Shown: positions 1-11,430 of the stretch, one piece after another | How the letters are laid out: each line of letters starts with the position of its first letter | How positions within the stretch are numbered: position 1 is the first letter of the stretch | Assembly (NCBI RefSeq): GCF_001194135.2 | Contig: NC_068994.1 | Span: forward strand, 28,958,773 to 29,022,772 | Direction: 5' to 3' | Length of the DNA stretch: 64,000 nucleotides | Source: Octopus bimaculoides | Taxonomy: Eukaryota | Position numbers and translations under genes: made by a program | The notes under the pieces: generated by a model | Database searches by the model: none | Seen by the model: the letters and a program-made list of their open reading frames with translations, nothing else | Told to the model about the DNA's origin: nothing

Positions 1-286
1 CCATGACCACAGCATTAATTTGCTTGCTCCATCTACGCCGTGTGTGGTGGTCCCTTTCTGGATATCGACAGGCTGGAGCCGGACCAGAATCTCTGAGCCT
101 ACCGGGTGTATCACTGTCACCATCATTGGCTTCAGTTTCATTACCACCGTTATTCACAATATTTTGTTTTTTCATTGTCACTCATATGAGGTAACGATCA
201 TCAGGTTGCGCAATTACCACTGTTTTTATTGACACCATCACTAGATGTATCATTAATCAGCCTATGAGGCTCCACCCGTTTCCTTT
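1..286 (-). mobile_element. 5' end of an R4/Dong-type (RLE) non-LTR retrotransposon; ORF starts at ATG 175 and runs off the left edge
   Basis: Minus frame from 175 reads MKKQNIVNNGGNETEANDGDSDTPGRLRDSGPAPACRYPERDHHTRRRWSKQINAVVM. The end resembles the RRKWxKxxNxxVMECYY N-terminal motif of R4/Dong-like ORFs. A (TAA)n run lies on the minus strand at ~287-305. Absent from the ORF track because it has no stop in the window. Confidence 0.5.
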
Positions 287-524
287 CATTATTATTATTA
301 TTATCATCACAGATATCACTGATATTATTGTTTTTATTTGTAGTAGCAGCAGTGGTTGCAGCAACAGCAACAGTAGCAGGGGTGGGGGAAATGGTAAGGG
401 TGGTAGTTGGGCCTCAGATTCCTGTGCTATCATAATAGAAGTAGTTTGCCAATGGGCATATGGCATAGTGGTTAAGAGCACGGGCTACTAACTCCAAGAT
501 TCCGAGTTCGATTCCAGACAGTGA

Positions 525-578
<54 letters not shown>

Positions 579-1450
579 NNNNNNNNNNNNNNNNNNNNNN
601 NNNNNNNNNNNNNNNNNNNNNNNNNNNNNNNNNNNNNNNNNNNNNNNNNNNNNNNNNNNNNNNNNNNNNNNNNNNNNNNNNNNNNNNNNNNNNNNNNNNN
701 NNNNNNNNNNNNNNNNNNNNNNNNNNNNNNNNNNNNNNNNNNNNNNNNNNNNNNNNNNNNNNNNNNNNNNNNNNNNNNNNNNNNNNNNNNNNNNNNNNNN
801 NNNNNNNNNNNNNNNNNNNNNNNNNNNNNNNNNNNNNNNNNNNNNNNNNNNNNNNNNNNNNNNNNNNNNNNNNNNNNNNNNNNNNNNNNNNNNNNNNNNN
901 NNNNNNNNNNNNNNNNNNNNNNNNNNNNNNNNNNNNNNNNNNNNNNNNNNNNNNNNNNNNNNNNNNNNNNNNNNNNNNNNNNNNNNNNNNNNNNNNNNNN
1001 NNNNNNNNNNNNNNNNNNNNNNNNNNNNNNNNNNNNNNNNNNNNNNNNNNNNNNNNNNNNNNNNNNNNNNNNNNNNNNNNNNNNNNNNNNNNNNNNNNNN
1101 NNNNNNNNNNNNNNNNNNNNNNNNNNNNNNNNNNNNNNNNNNNNNNNNNNNNNNNNNNNNNNNNNNNNNNNNNNNNNNNNNNNNNNNNNNNNNNNNNNNN
1201 NNNNNNNNNNNNNNNNNNNNNNNNNNNNNNNNNNNNNNNNNNNNNNNNNNNNNNNNNNNNNNNNNNNNNNNNNNNNNNNNNNNNNNNNNNNNNNNNNNNN
1301 NNNNNNNNNNNNNNNNNNNNNNNNNNNNNNNNNNNNNNNNNNNNNNNNNNNNNNNNNNNNNNNNNNNNNNNNNNNNNNNNNNNNNNNNNNNNNNNNNNNN
1401 NNNNNNNNNNNNNNNNNNNNNNNNNNNNNNNNNNNNNNNNNNNNNNNNNN
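579..1450. other. Assembly gap (N run); other gaps at 26896-27047, 38512-38614, 41296-41323, ~51185-51534 and 54961-55929
   Basis: N characters in the sequence. Confidence 0.99.
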
Positions 1451-1609
1451 TATGGTTTCTTAAACATTCACTTGAACAAAACTGTACAAATCCAAATATA
1501 TGGTACCCTAGGCATAACACCTACATGAACTTCTAACTTGTTGTCTCTTGAGGTCTCTGGGTGAGACTTGGATCCAACTTGTACAAATGCAAAACAAAAG
1601 TCAAACATA
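1451..1609 (+). mobile_element. Probable 3' UTR of an R4/Dong-type element inserted in the SINE's (TAA)n
   Basis: Unique sequence between two (TAA)n runs, ending directly in a (TAA)n tail as the Dong copy at 3580-4010 does. Any coding part is hidden in the gap. Confidence 0.35.
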
Positions 1610-1677
1610 AAATAATAATAATAATAATATCGAAAAATACCTTAGGAATGAGAACCCAGGTTCGAAATTTCCCCAAG

Positions 1678-1721
1678 ATACCTGATGAAGGCTGGAGGGT
1701 ATATCAGCCGAAACATTGTGT
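1678..1721 (+). ncRNA. Minimal type I hammerhead ribozyme motif (degenerate copy)
   Basis: Stem I atac/gtgt; CTGATGA 1682-1688; stem II ggctg/cagcc; GAAA 1710-1713; then CATT, one change from the palindromic AACGTT stem III typical of minimal Penelope hammerheads. Confidence 0.45.
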
Positions 1722-2309
1722 TAACAACAAACAAGATGAGGACAAATATCCGTCAATTGTAAATAATGTAAATAATGTACATATACATATATATATCTAT
1801 GTGTATCTATATTGATAACAGCAAAATTTTGTCTGTCTGTCTGAGACCCCTGTATCTCAGTCTACATTTGCTCGACATAGACGTATACCTTTTTTGGAAT
1901 CAGGATAATCCTGGGATTGAAAATCTGTCCTTCATTTGGTTCTTGAACATCCAGCATGAGGATCTAATTTAAAAGCATTTGGGTTGCTATTTCTAGCAGG
2001 TAAAACGACCACAAGAGGTTTCATGGTCATAGTATTACTGAGATAGGTGAACCAGAGTTACTGCCCATAGATTAAAGTTTTACTATAGAATTTAGTGGTT
2101 CTTTTATCTTTTTTAGTCATCAGACTGCAACCATGCTGGGGCACCACCTTAAAGAATTTTAATCAAACAAATCAACACCAGTTCTTTCTTTTTTTATGCC
2201 TGGTACTTTTTTTATGAGCCTCTTTTACCAAACCACTAAGTTATGTGAACATAAACATGCCAACACCTGTTATCAAGTGATGGTGGGGGACAAATAGAGA
2301 CACAAAGCC

Positions 2310-2353
<44 letters not shown>

Positions 2354-3508
2354 AAATAGCGGGGTATAGTTCACAGGTGATTTAAGTGACTAGGTATGCT
2401 GGGTAAGTGCTGTAATGGATTACCAGGACTCTAAGGTCATAGCTGAGATGGGAGTTATGGAACCATTGTAGATTTCCGATATAGCAGATATATAATTGTT
2501 AAAGAGGACAACAAACATTAAGGCAAGACAAACATCTTAAGTCATATATACCATTATCAATTACAAGACAGCAAACTTCCTAGACGTTACATTAGATTCA
2601 AACTCTTCACTCTACTTCCCATATCATAAACCCAATCAATTCCTTAAGTACATTAGCACAGAATCTAGCCACCATAAATCTATCTGCCACTGAGGAAGTC
2701 TTCAATAACTATGCCACTAACTACAACCAAGCTCTAGCTACTAGTGGTTTCTCCCTGGAGATTAGATTTATAACCAGCATGAGACTTAAAGAACACCTCT
2801 CTAAACATAACCCTAGACAAGCACTCAGACATATTGGATATCCAAACCCTCCCACTATGGTTAGACAATCTCACCTACTTAGCACTCATATGTATAAAAC
2901 CTCCCCAAATCTGCCTGATAAAAGTGGCAGGAGATCTATTCTCTAGTATACACCTCCATTTGCTTTAAATGTTAAGGGCCTTGCTAAAGCATTCTTTAGA
3001 ATAGTAGACTCTAATTTCCCACGTAACCACAAATATCATTCTATCTTTATCAGATCCACTTTAAAATTATCCTATTCCTCTACACCAAATATAGAATCTA
3101 TTGTCACCTCATCTAACAAACGTAAACTTAGCTCTTACCATCTAGATGCATACAACCCTACCATAGACCTACACAACAAAAACACTAACACCACTCACAA
3201 TATCATATCCAACATCTCTGGCCCTAACACTTTAAATAACTTAAGCATACATAATATAATTCCCACCTCGGAGGGTAATAGGCGCACAGTTGAAACCAAT
3301 ACTAGTACTAATAGGAATACTAACACTAACAGTACTAACTATACTATAACCACTACAACTACTAATAATACTAGCAATAATACTAATACTACTGCCAATG
3401 ACAATAATACTATTACTGAAAATAATACTATTACTAACACTCTTACCACAAAGGCTATTATTAATAGTTGCAATAATATCACTAACACCACCATCACCAC
3501 CACCAATG

Positions 3509-3579
<71 letters not shown>

Positions 3580-3581
<2 letters not shown>

Positions 3582-4010
3582 TAAGGCAAATAGACCAGAT
3601 ATAGTTGTCAAAGATCATGAAGAAAAAAAATGCTTTCTAGTTGATGTATCAATACCAGCAGATGACAACGTTTCTCTAAAAGAAATGGAAAAACTTTCAA
3701 AATACAAAGACCTGGAAATAGAGGTAACTCGAATGTGGAATCTAAAAACAGAAGCAATTCCTATCATAGTAGGTGCCTTAGGTATAATAAAAAAATATTC
3801 AGACAAATACATAACAAAAGCACCAGGACTTACAAATATATATAACATACAGAAAATTGCACTACTGGGTACTGCACACATCCTACGCAAAACACTTTCA
3901 ATACAGTAAACATAAGAGCACCACAGCAAACCACAGCACATACCCAAGGCACACAGAGCTGCGCTCGGTAGTGAAGTGAAAGCACGTTATAAAAATAAAA
4001 CTACTGAACA
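3580..4010 (+). mobile_element. 5'-truncated R4/Dong-type retrotransposon (restriction-like endonuclease C-terminus plus 3' UTR) nested in the (AAT)n of the Penelope element
   Basis: 3580-3909 reads IKANRPDIVVKDHEEKKCFLVDVSIPADDNVSLKEMEKLSKYKDLEIEV...IPIIVGALG...QKIALLGTAHILRK, a PD-(D/E)xK RLE domain. (AAT)n flanks it on both sides (3511-3573 and 4010-4027). Confidence 0.9.
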
Positions 4011-5463
4011 ATAATAATAATAATAATAGTGATGGAAATAACTATAATGGCAATAACAATAATAATGGTAACGATGACGGTGATATTGGTAATAGAAATG
4101 ACGGCAATGATAACAGCAATATCATGAACGATTCACCTAAGACAACCCCAGCCTTTAGCTTGTTTACTTGTAGCACTACCTCATCCCTCTCTCCAACTAA
4201 CCATCATAGAACTGATAGCTGCAACTTCAGATCTGGGATCAACTGCCCACTGCAAGCCCATTGCAGAAGATTCAACATCGTATATCAATGCATCAAATAA
4301 CTCCGATAGCTACAATATTGGGTCTACCACAAATTTTAAGCAAAGATAGTTTGCACATTTAAACTCATTTAAATATAAAGAGCATAGCAATTCCACATCA
4401 CTTGCCAGCCACATACACCATCTAATTAATAGAAAAATACAATATAGGCTATCCTGGGCTATAATAGATTCTGGCATCCCATATCAGCCAATGCTCCATT
4501 TGTGGACTCTGCCTAAAAGAAGCCCTCAAAATTTTAACCCATAACTCACCACAATTGCTTTACAAACACAACAAAGACTTCACAACGTGTAAACACAAAT
4601 TCTTCCGCATTTTAAAATTCTTCCGTAAATCCAAATGTAAATTCACCTTCCACACATAACACTCACATACATACCTCCATGATTGTTAATACATACTCTT
4701 GTATTGTATATCTCTTCTTAGCACTTTATAGGATAAATGTTAATTCTTTAATTTATTTTTAAACCATAACCTATTGAATCCCATAATATTTAGTTGTAAC
4801 TCTTATTTCTAAATAATTTAACATTCAACTGGTTTCTCCATTCACGACTACCTACACACTCATACCTCCATAGCTAAAAATATTTCTAAAGCCACTGGCC
4901 TTAGCCATAAGACTGACATAAACACTTACTTCTAGATTTCCTCCCTAACCCCTACAGACTAGAAGAATACCACTGACACCTGCTATTCTCTTTGAATCCC
5001 TTTCATTTTGCTTTATTTTGTTTTTTTATCTTCCTTTACCTCCTCCTCTTCTCTCCTTATTTACCCTTATATATTTATATATCTTCTTGGTTATTTTTGT
5101 ACATTATATTTCTATATACCTTATTTTATCCTTCATACCAATCCTTGCTTTCCTCCCCCACTCTCTCTACCTCTCTTTCTATTTATTTTTCTTTCTCTTT
5201 ATCCCTAAATAGCCACCTCCACTTCCATTTTCTTATGGAACTTCAATAGGTTCGTGTTTATCTCTGGATATTTACACTATTAAGGCTTTAACCTACGTGG
5301 ATTTACACAGGATTGCACCTAAGGACTTATGGACTAACATCTATACAATCAGAAAGTTGAACTGTGAACTTTTATGTTTCTTTTTCTTCATCTCCTTATT
5401 CCTTTTCTCCTGTCCTCTATGTCATCGTTTCATTAATCTATACTCTTCTTCTTTTCCCTATTT

Positions 5464-5519
5464 GTCTCTGATGACAGAATATCCCATACTTTGGGATATC
5501 CCAGAAACAGCTGTAAGAC
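5464..5519 (+). ncRNA. Type I hammerhead ribozyme motif at the Penelope 3' end
   Basis: Stem I GTCT 5464-5467 / AGAC 5516-5519; CTGATGA 5468-5474; stem II atatccca/tgggatat; GAAA 5504-5507; palindromic ACAGCTGT 5507-5514; GUA cleavage triplet 5513-5515. Confidence 0.7.
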
Positions 5520-5611
5520 TTTGAATCTTTCCATTAATAATAACGTATATGACTTGAGATGTTTGTCTTTCCTTAATGTTTGTAGTCCTTTTTAATAGAT
5601 ATATATATCTT

Positions 5612-6276
5612 CTATACTGATTACTTTTGAGATTCTTAACTCTTTGGATCCTTCTGGAATGCCTTCTAATGAACTGACATTGAAGAAAGGAGTTGCAGTC
5701 ATGCTTTTGAGAAATCTGGATCCCCTAAAGCTGTGCAATGGAACAAGATTGAGTATCAGGCAAATGTATCCACATCTTTTGGAAGCAATGATCCTCACTG
5801 GACAAAGAAAAGGAGAAAAATGTGTTTATTTCAAGAATTCCAATGATTCCAGTAGATATGCCCTTTGAATTCAAGAGACTTTAATTTCCAGTAAAAGTTA
5901 GTTGTTATGTCAATTAACAAGAATCAAGAACAATCACTGAAAATTTGTTGGACTTTACCTCATGCAGCACTGCTTTTCCCATGGTCAGCTCTATGCTGGT
6001 TGTTCCAGAGTGGGAAATGGCAACAATCTCTTTATACTCACACTAAATAATAAACCCAAGAATATTATTTATCCTACTGCTTTGCAGTGATCTCCAAATG
6101 TTACAGTGATACAAAATTCTCCAAATGTGATACTCTGTGATATAAATCTGGGATGGTAGGATACCAATAAATGCTTTATTATTATTATTTCTCTCTTTAG
6201 TTTTGGGTCACAGGACTAATTAGTCCTCCTCAAGAGCTAAATTAAAAGGCTGCACAGAGTGCTGCTTTTAAGCTAG
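5612..6276 (+). mobile_element. Helitron 3' fragment (PIF1-like helicase C-terminus pseudogene and terminus)
   Basis: LNSLDPSGMPSNELTLKKGVAVMLLRNLDPLKLCNGTRL...ILTG, followed by frameshifted PFEFKR..FPVK..MSINK.Q.QSL and FSHGQLYAGCSRVG. Small hairpin gcac-aga-gtgc ~10 nt upstream of CTAG (6273-6276), then T. Confidence 0.85.
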
Positions 6277-7219
6277 TAATTAACAAAAACCACGCAAAGA
6301 CCATATGAAATTCAGCTACTCAGGGTTTCTTGGCCAGAACATTAAATTTACTTTGCCATTTCTCCAGCTTGTAATGTCATGATGCTCTGGCATTATCAGC
6401 TTGAGAAATAGTGAAATAAATTTAATATTTTATCCATGATAGCTGGATTTCACATGGTTTTTGAGTGGTTTTTAATATCTTTACTGTCTGATCAAGTGCT
6501 ACACTCATTGTTGGACTTCATACTGTGTGCGCTCACGCGCGTGTGTGTATATATATGTATATGTATATATTTATGCAGATATGTATGTGTGTGTGGGTGT
6601 GTATGTATATGTATATATTTATGCAGATATGTATATACATGTGTGTGTGAGCCTGTATGTACTTGTGTGTGTGTGTGTGTTTGTGAGTGTTTGTGTGTAC
6701 CCTTGTCTTGACATCAGATTATATCATAGATATGCATCACTGTCACCCAAGCAAAGTTATTCATTTCCAATCTTCCATGAAAATCATATCCAGCCATGTG
6801 AAAATATTACCTTACTTGGAAACATAATATGGTTAGTGATAGGAAGAGCATCCAGGCATAGAAAAAAATTGAATGAACAAATTCCATCTGATCCTTGAAA
6901 AGTAGATGTTAAATGGGGATGATTATGTGTTTGATGTCACACAGGTAAAACAAGACATTGGCTGCCTTATTTATCTCAGTCTGACAGACAAATATAGGTA
7001 TGCATCTCTTCCCCCGTTACATATGAGTAGTGAGGTTGTTGTTATTGTTGTTTAACTGCAGGTCATTTCTGATTCAATGGACCTTTGATAAAAGCCATTC
7101 CAGTTTGAACCATTCAAGTTGGGCCCTCAACTTCTGATGGAGTTGTAGCAGTGCCGTTGTGATATTTAGCATTGTCTTGAGTATTTTTAAACCTGCTGAA
7201 ACTAGCCCAACTTTCTCTA

Positions 7220-7278
7220 GGTTAGACCACAACTGGTTTCTTCCAAAGACAAGGAGATAGATAGATAGATAGATAGAT

Positions 7279-7337
<59 letters not shown>

Positions 7338-7352
7338 GACAGACAGACAGAC

Positions 7353-7389
<37 letters not shown>

Positions 7390-7390
7390 C
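7220..7390. repeat. Compound (GATA)n/(GA)n/(GACA)n microsatellite; similar simple repeats at 53990-54230, 58720-58885 and elsewhere
   Basis: Directly visible tandem di- and tetranucleotide runs. Confidence 0.95.
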
Positions 7391-7539
7391 AGACACCAAA
7401 GATGAAAGACAAAGATGACTTCAGTATGATTTGAATTCAGAACATAAGCATCAGAAGAGAGTATAATGTAGGTTGATGCTTTAGATTGGTGCATAGTCAC
7501 AAATTTAGAGAGAGGTATTAGATATAGTGAAATATATTG

Positions 7540-7885
7540 TTTTATCTGTTACTTGTTTCAGTCACTTGACTGTGGCCATGCTGGGGCACCACTTTGAAGG
7601 GTTTAGTCAAAGAAATTGACTCCAGTTCATATTTTTTCGTCCGGTACCCTTTCTATCAGGAAAGTAAACAAACCAACACTGGTTGTCAAATGGAGGTGGG
7701 GGTGGAATAAATACAAGCGCACACACAATGGATTCTGCACAATGTCTGTCAACCAAATTCACTCAGAAGGCATTGGTTGGCTTGAGACCATAACAGAAGA
7801 CACTTGCATAGGGTGCTGCACTGTGGGATTGAACCTGAAACTATGAGGTTGCAGAGCAATCCTCTTAACCACACAGCTATGCCTG
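7540..7885 (-). mobile_element. tRNA-derived SINE family A, diverged copy
   Basis: Reverse complement aligns to the 44402-44807 copy from head (gcaggcatagctgtgtggtt) to tail (gactgaaacaagtaa). Confidence 0.75.
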
Positions 7886-8093
7886 CATTTACTTCACTAC
7901 CTCACTGGTGTTTTATTTTATCAACCCAGAAGCATATAAAGCAGAGTTTACCTCTATGGGAAATGAACTCAGAATTTAAAGGCCTATGACTAACTACAAC
8001 ATGTTTTGTCTACTGAACTCTACTGAATCTGTCAATCCATATGTACAAATCAAGGACTGACTCAATTGCTATATATTTACTTGCACTTATTAA

Positions 8094-8319
8094 CCCTTTA
8101 GCACTTAATCTTGTCATATCTGGCCCAAATATTCTACTTGTTTTGTGTCAAAACTGGCCAGATCCAGCCTCTCACACATACTGTAGAATGTCATTCTGAA
8201 AACAGACAATCCCATCCTCAAAATCTCAAAGCAACAAGATTATGCATGATTAAGATTAATTTAAAACAGTGTGAATAAATAAGCATTACAATTGACAGAG
8301 TAATCAGAATGCTAAAGGA
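8094..8319. mobile_element. piggyBac-type MITE
   Basis: TTAA|CCCTTTAGCA ... TGCTAAAGGA|TTAA. Homologous to 14880-15100 and 32150-32362. Confidence 0.8.
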
Positions 8320-10479
8320 TTAAATTTTACTTGGAGGGACAAAAAATACTCACAAGAATGCTATCAGGTATTAATTCAGAACAGACAACTAAAACTCAAA
8401 AATATAAAATATTATATATTTATGTTATATATTCATGTCCAAAACTGTCACTGGTGCTTGATGCAGCTCTGCAGCTTGCTGGATCCTGTCAAACTGTTCA
8501 ACCCATGCCATCATGGAAAACATGTACACATTGATGATGATGACAACAATAGTGATGATGATGATGATGATGATGATGACGACGATGAGGTTATATTCCA
8601 AAGAATCGAAACAACTTCCCAGCTTTACCATCCTTTCAATGGTGTTTATTGTCAGACCTGCAGGGGGTGCAAGACAAATTTATTCTTTGTGAGATTTGAA
8701 CTAAGAAATTTTGAGAGATGAAATGAAATACTACCAAATAATTTAGTCTGCCATTCAAGAATTCCTGCCATTTCACCATCCTTTTTTTATTACTTCAACA
8801 ACAGTTAGACAGAGGTGATGGTGGTGGGGTGGTGATTGTAAATTCTGTGTGCGATGATGGTGGGTGTTGTGGTAGTGGAGTGTTGTTGGGGTTGACAGAA
8901 ATAACAGTCAAACATTAGATTTAATGTCTAGCAGTATTTAGTTACATAATTTTATGGATTTGAAATCAAATCTTTCATGGGTGGTTTTATTATGTCTCTC
9001 ATTGCTCTGCAGTTGAAAGTAAAATGGAAGCCAGTTGTTGCTGTTTTGGTGGTGATAGTGGTGGTGTTTACCTCCACCCCACCCCACTCTCCCTATTCTC
9101 AGTCAACTCTGATTGAGCAGATCCATGATTAAATGTTTTCTAGTTATGACTATTCTACCCTTCTCTCAGGCACTGCATAGCTAGGACAACATTATTCAAT
9201 GTAACCTTGTCTTTTTTTAGACAGTAGAATTTAATCTGAAAAAAACTTGGCTGCTATTTTTAGCAGATTGAGTGACCACTTAGATGCTCCCTCATTTGCT
9301 TAGCAGCAACCAAGGAATTCTTTGCCCATGAATGCCAGCATGTAATACGCTGAGCTTGATTCAATAAACTATAACAACATACTCCACCCTCTACAATGTT
9401 AGAAATGACAAATAAGTAATTACATTTTTAATTAACTAATTTTTTCCAGATTATTTTTTTCAAAATATTTTTGCTAATTAAAAATGCAATTAATTATTTG
9501 TCCTTTGTGTGTCCTATAAAAGTCTTTATTTTCTTTAATTAGTATAACTATTATTGATTTCTAACACTGGCACACATTTTCACTAATTTTTACAAAATAA
9601 TTATGTTGCATTGGTAATGAAAGCATTTGTTCCTGCTCTGACCTCACTCCCCTATCCCTGCTATTTTCTTTTTTCCTCTTTTCCATCTTAAATGTTCGGC
9701 ATGCAGTTCAAACTGAGTTTTAATTAAATGAGCAGTTGTCCTTCAAGTCTAGAAATCCTCTACTTCTAGTTAATCTGTACTACATTGCAATTAGCTTATG
9801 AGGATAATTTTTTTCTTTTTAATGAAATAACATGAAACTTGATATTTTTTTTAATGAATTGACATGTAGCTTGGTATCTTTAAGCAAAAGGAAATTGTGG
9901 TGTTTATGCCTTTATCATGTCATTAAATATAAGGCAAACTTTATATTTTGTCTTTAAAAAAATGTCCTGAATTCAAACTTGCAGAATTGGTAGATTGTGA
10001 ATTGGTAGATTATGTCACTTTATAATGTGAGTTCAAATCTCACTAGAGTTGACTTTTTCTTTTATCTCCTCAGGTAATAACATAGCTGGAGTGTGTGCTG
10101 CCTGGGGCAGCCCTTGAGTTTGCTATCCCCTGCTTTCTTGCCCCCTATACAGCATGCCCGAAAGTACTGCTCAGGGTAGGCCACCCCTGCTGCCTCACCT
10201 TTCCTCAGCTACACTAGAGTCTTTAGGTATGGTAAGATAAATTTTGGGCATCGTTTACTGGAACCAGCTAGATCAACTATACTCTCCATGCAAAATTGTG
10301 ATCTTACAAGAATAGTGTCAGATAAAATGCCTAAGATCAATGCTTGCTGAGGTCAACTATGCCTTTCATTCTTCTAGCTCAATAAAATAACTAACTAGTC
10401 AAATACTGGGGTTGATATAATTAACTATCAAAATTTCTGCTGTGTGAGAAATTATTATTATTGTCTTGTGTAAGATGAA

Positions 10480-10790
10480 CCCAGTTGTCAACAGAGTGTT
10501 TGGTGAAGATTTGACATACCATCTTCCTTTTGTAGAGAAGGAAAGCAGATCTTTCTCTGTTTAGTGGCTAAGGCAAAAGAGGCTGTGTGGTGGACTCATC
10601 TGAAAGGTTTGAAGACAGGCACTTCCCTATCTGACCAAGCTCTCACCAGTTTCTTCAAATATCATTTGAAGAAGAAGGTGAAGGTAGAGAAGGAGGTGTT
10701 GCCTTCTAGTGCGTTTATCAAAAAGTGGATGAGAGTGGCAAGACTTGTGAGGCTGAATGGATCTACTCTGAGTATGTTTTTCTAAGTAGG
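10480..10790 (+). mobile_element. Probable 3' fragment of an L1/Tx1-like LINE ORF2
   Basis: ORF 10564-10785 (AKAKEAVWWTHLKGLKTG...FFKYHLKKKVKVEKEVL...FIKKWMRVA) resembles the basic, Trp-containing C-terminus of Tx1-like ORF2. Recognition is by memory only. Confidence 0.4.
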
Positions 10791-11039
10791 GGAAAAATAA
10801 CTAGAAGATGGCACTTCCCATGCCTTGGGAATGGTAGAATAATCTGGGAATTACCCTAAGTGGACTGTCCCACTATTGGGGATTCTATTAATTAGATATT
10901 TATTTCTATAAATTCTATTTATATATCCTTTAATGGTGTAGTCTCCCTTCGACTGACGTAAACTCCACCTGTTCTGTGTGTTGTATCTCATCTTTTGATA
11001 TTGTCTTGGGCCCTTTTGGCCAATAAAAGAAATCATTAT

Positions 11040-11430
11040 CCAATGCAAGACCTTAGAAAAATGTGATATCTCCAGTATCCAAAGCATGCTGATGAGAATT
11101 CAGTGCTGATGGGTAGGACATGTCCAAATGAAAAAATGACTGCCTTCTGAAAATTCTTCTGTATGGCCAACAAGTAGCAGGATATCTGACCTCTCCTTCG
11201 GGAGAAAAATAAGTTGAAGCAATCACTAAAATCTCTACAGCTTAACTTGACATCTTGGGAAAGTCATTGCCTAGATCGATCTGCATTGCATAAAATGTGT
11301 CATGATACATCCAAACAATTTGAGTTGAAGAAAAAGAACAATAGAAGAATTGTATCCTGCAATCAACAGACACACTTGCCCAATCCTAGGCAAAATCAAA
11401 ATCATCATTGTCCCACTGTGACTTTATAGC
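11040..11430 (+). mobile_element. RTE (BovB-like) LINE 3' fragment
   Basis: Degenerate WVGHVQM..DCLLKILLYGQ...LKQSLKSLQLNLTSWESHCLDRSALH matches the RTE C-terminal WxGHVxRM/LKxSLK/WExxAxDR motifs. Confidence 0.7.

Larger units (their letters stand above)
454..1790 (+). mobile_element. tRNA-derived SINE with internal (TAA)n array and Penelope-like hammerhead tail; interrupted by a gap and a probable nested insertion
   Basis: Head 454-527 has an A box (TGGCATAGTGG), a tRNA-like anticodon arm (gggctACTaactcc) and a B box (GAGTTCGATTCC). (TAA)n follows from 528 and resumes at 1610-1628. The tail contains CTGATGA...CCGAAAC at 1682-1714 and ends in (gtaaataat)2. Confidence 0.65.
2525..5530 (+). 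mobile_element. Degenerate Penelope-like element (RT/thumb, long N/T-rich linker, GIY-YIG endonuclease, 3' region with hammerhead)
   Basis: Translates to NYKTANFLDVTLD...FPYHKPNQ...YISTESSHH, YNQALATSGF, YTPPFALNVK...FPRNHKYHSIF...LKLSYSSTPNIESIV...NKRKL, CNFR...CPLQAHC...IVYQC and YNIGSTTNFKQR*FAHLNSF...NSTSLASHI. All match Penelope RT and GIY-YIG motifs, with stops and frameshifts. Confidence 0.88.

Noticed and set aside
160-215. Minus-strand CTGATGA...hairpin...GAAA near the R4 5' end
   Set aside because: Stem III cannot pair and stem I needs a bulge at the core junction, so it is not a credible hammerhead.
454-527. Functional tRNA gene (also the SINE heads at 44402 and 30791)
   Set aside because: No complete cloverleaf or acceptor stem, and each continues into a SINE body.
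414-1520. Long ORFs in the track (also 51086-51679 and 54848-56000)
   Set aside because: They are open only because they run through N gaps.
3241-3618. Poly-Ile/Leu and other low-complexity ORFs (also 7074-7500, 13283-13760, 40523-41615 and similar)
   Set aside because: They are translations of microsatellites or CT-rich tracts, with no domain signal.
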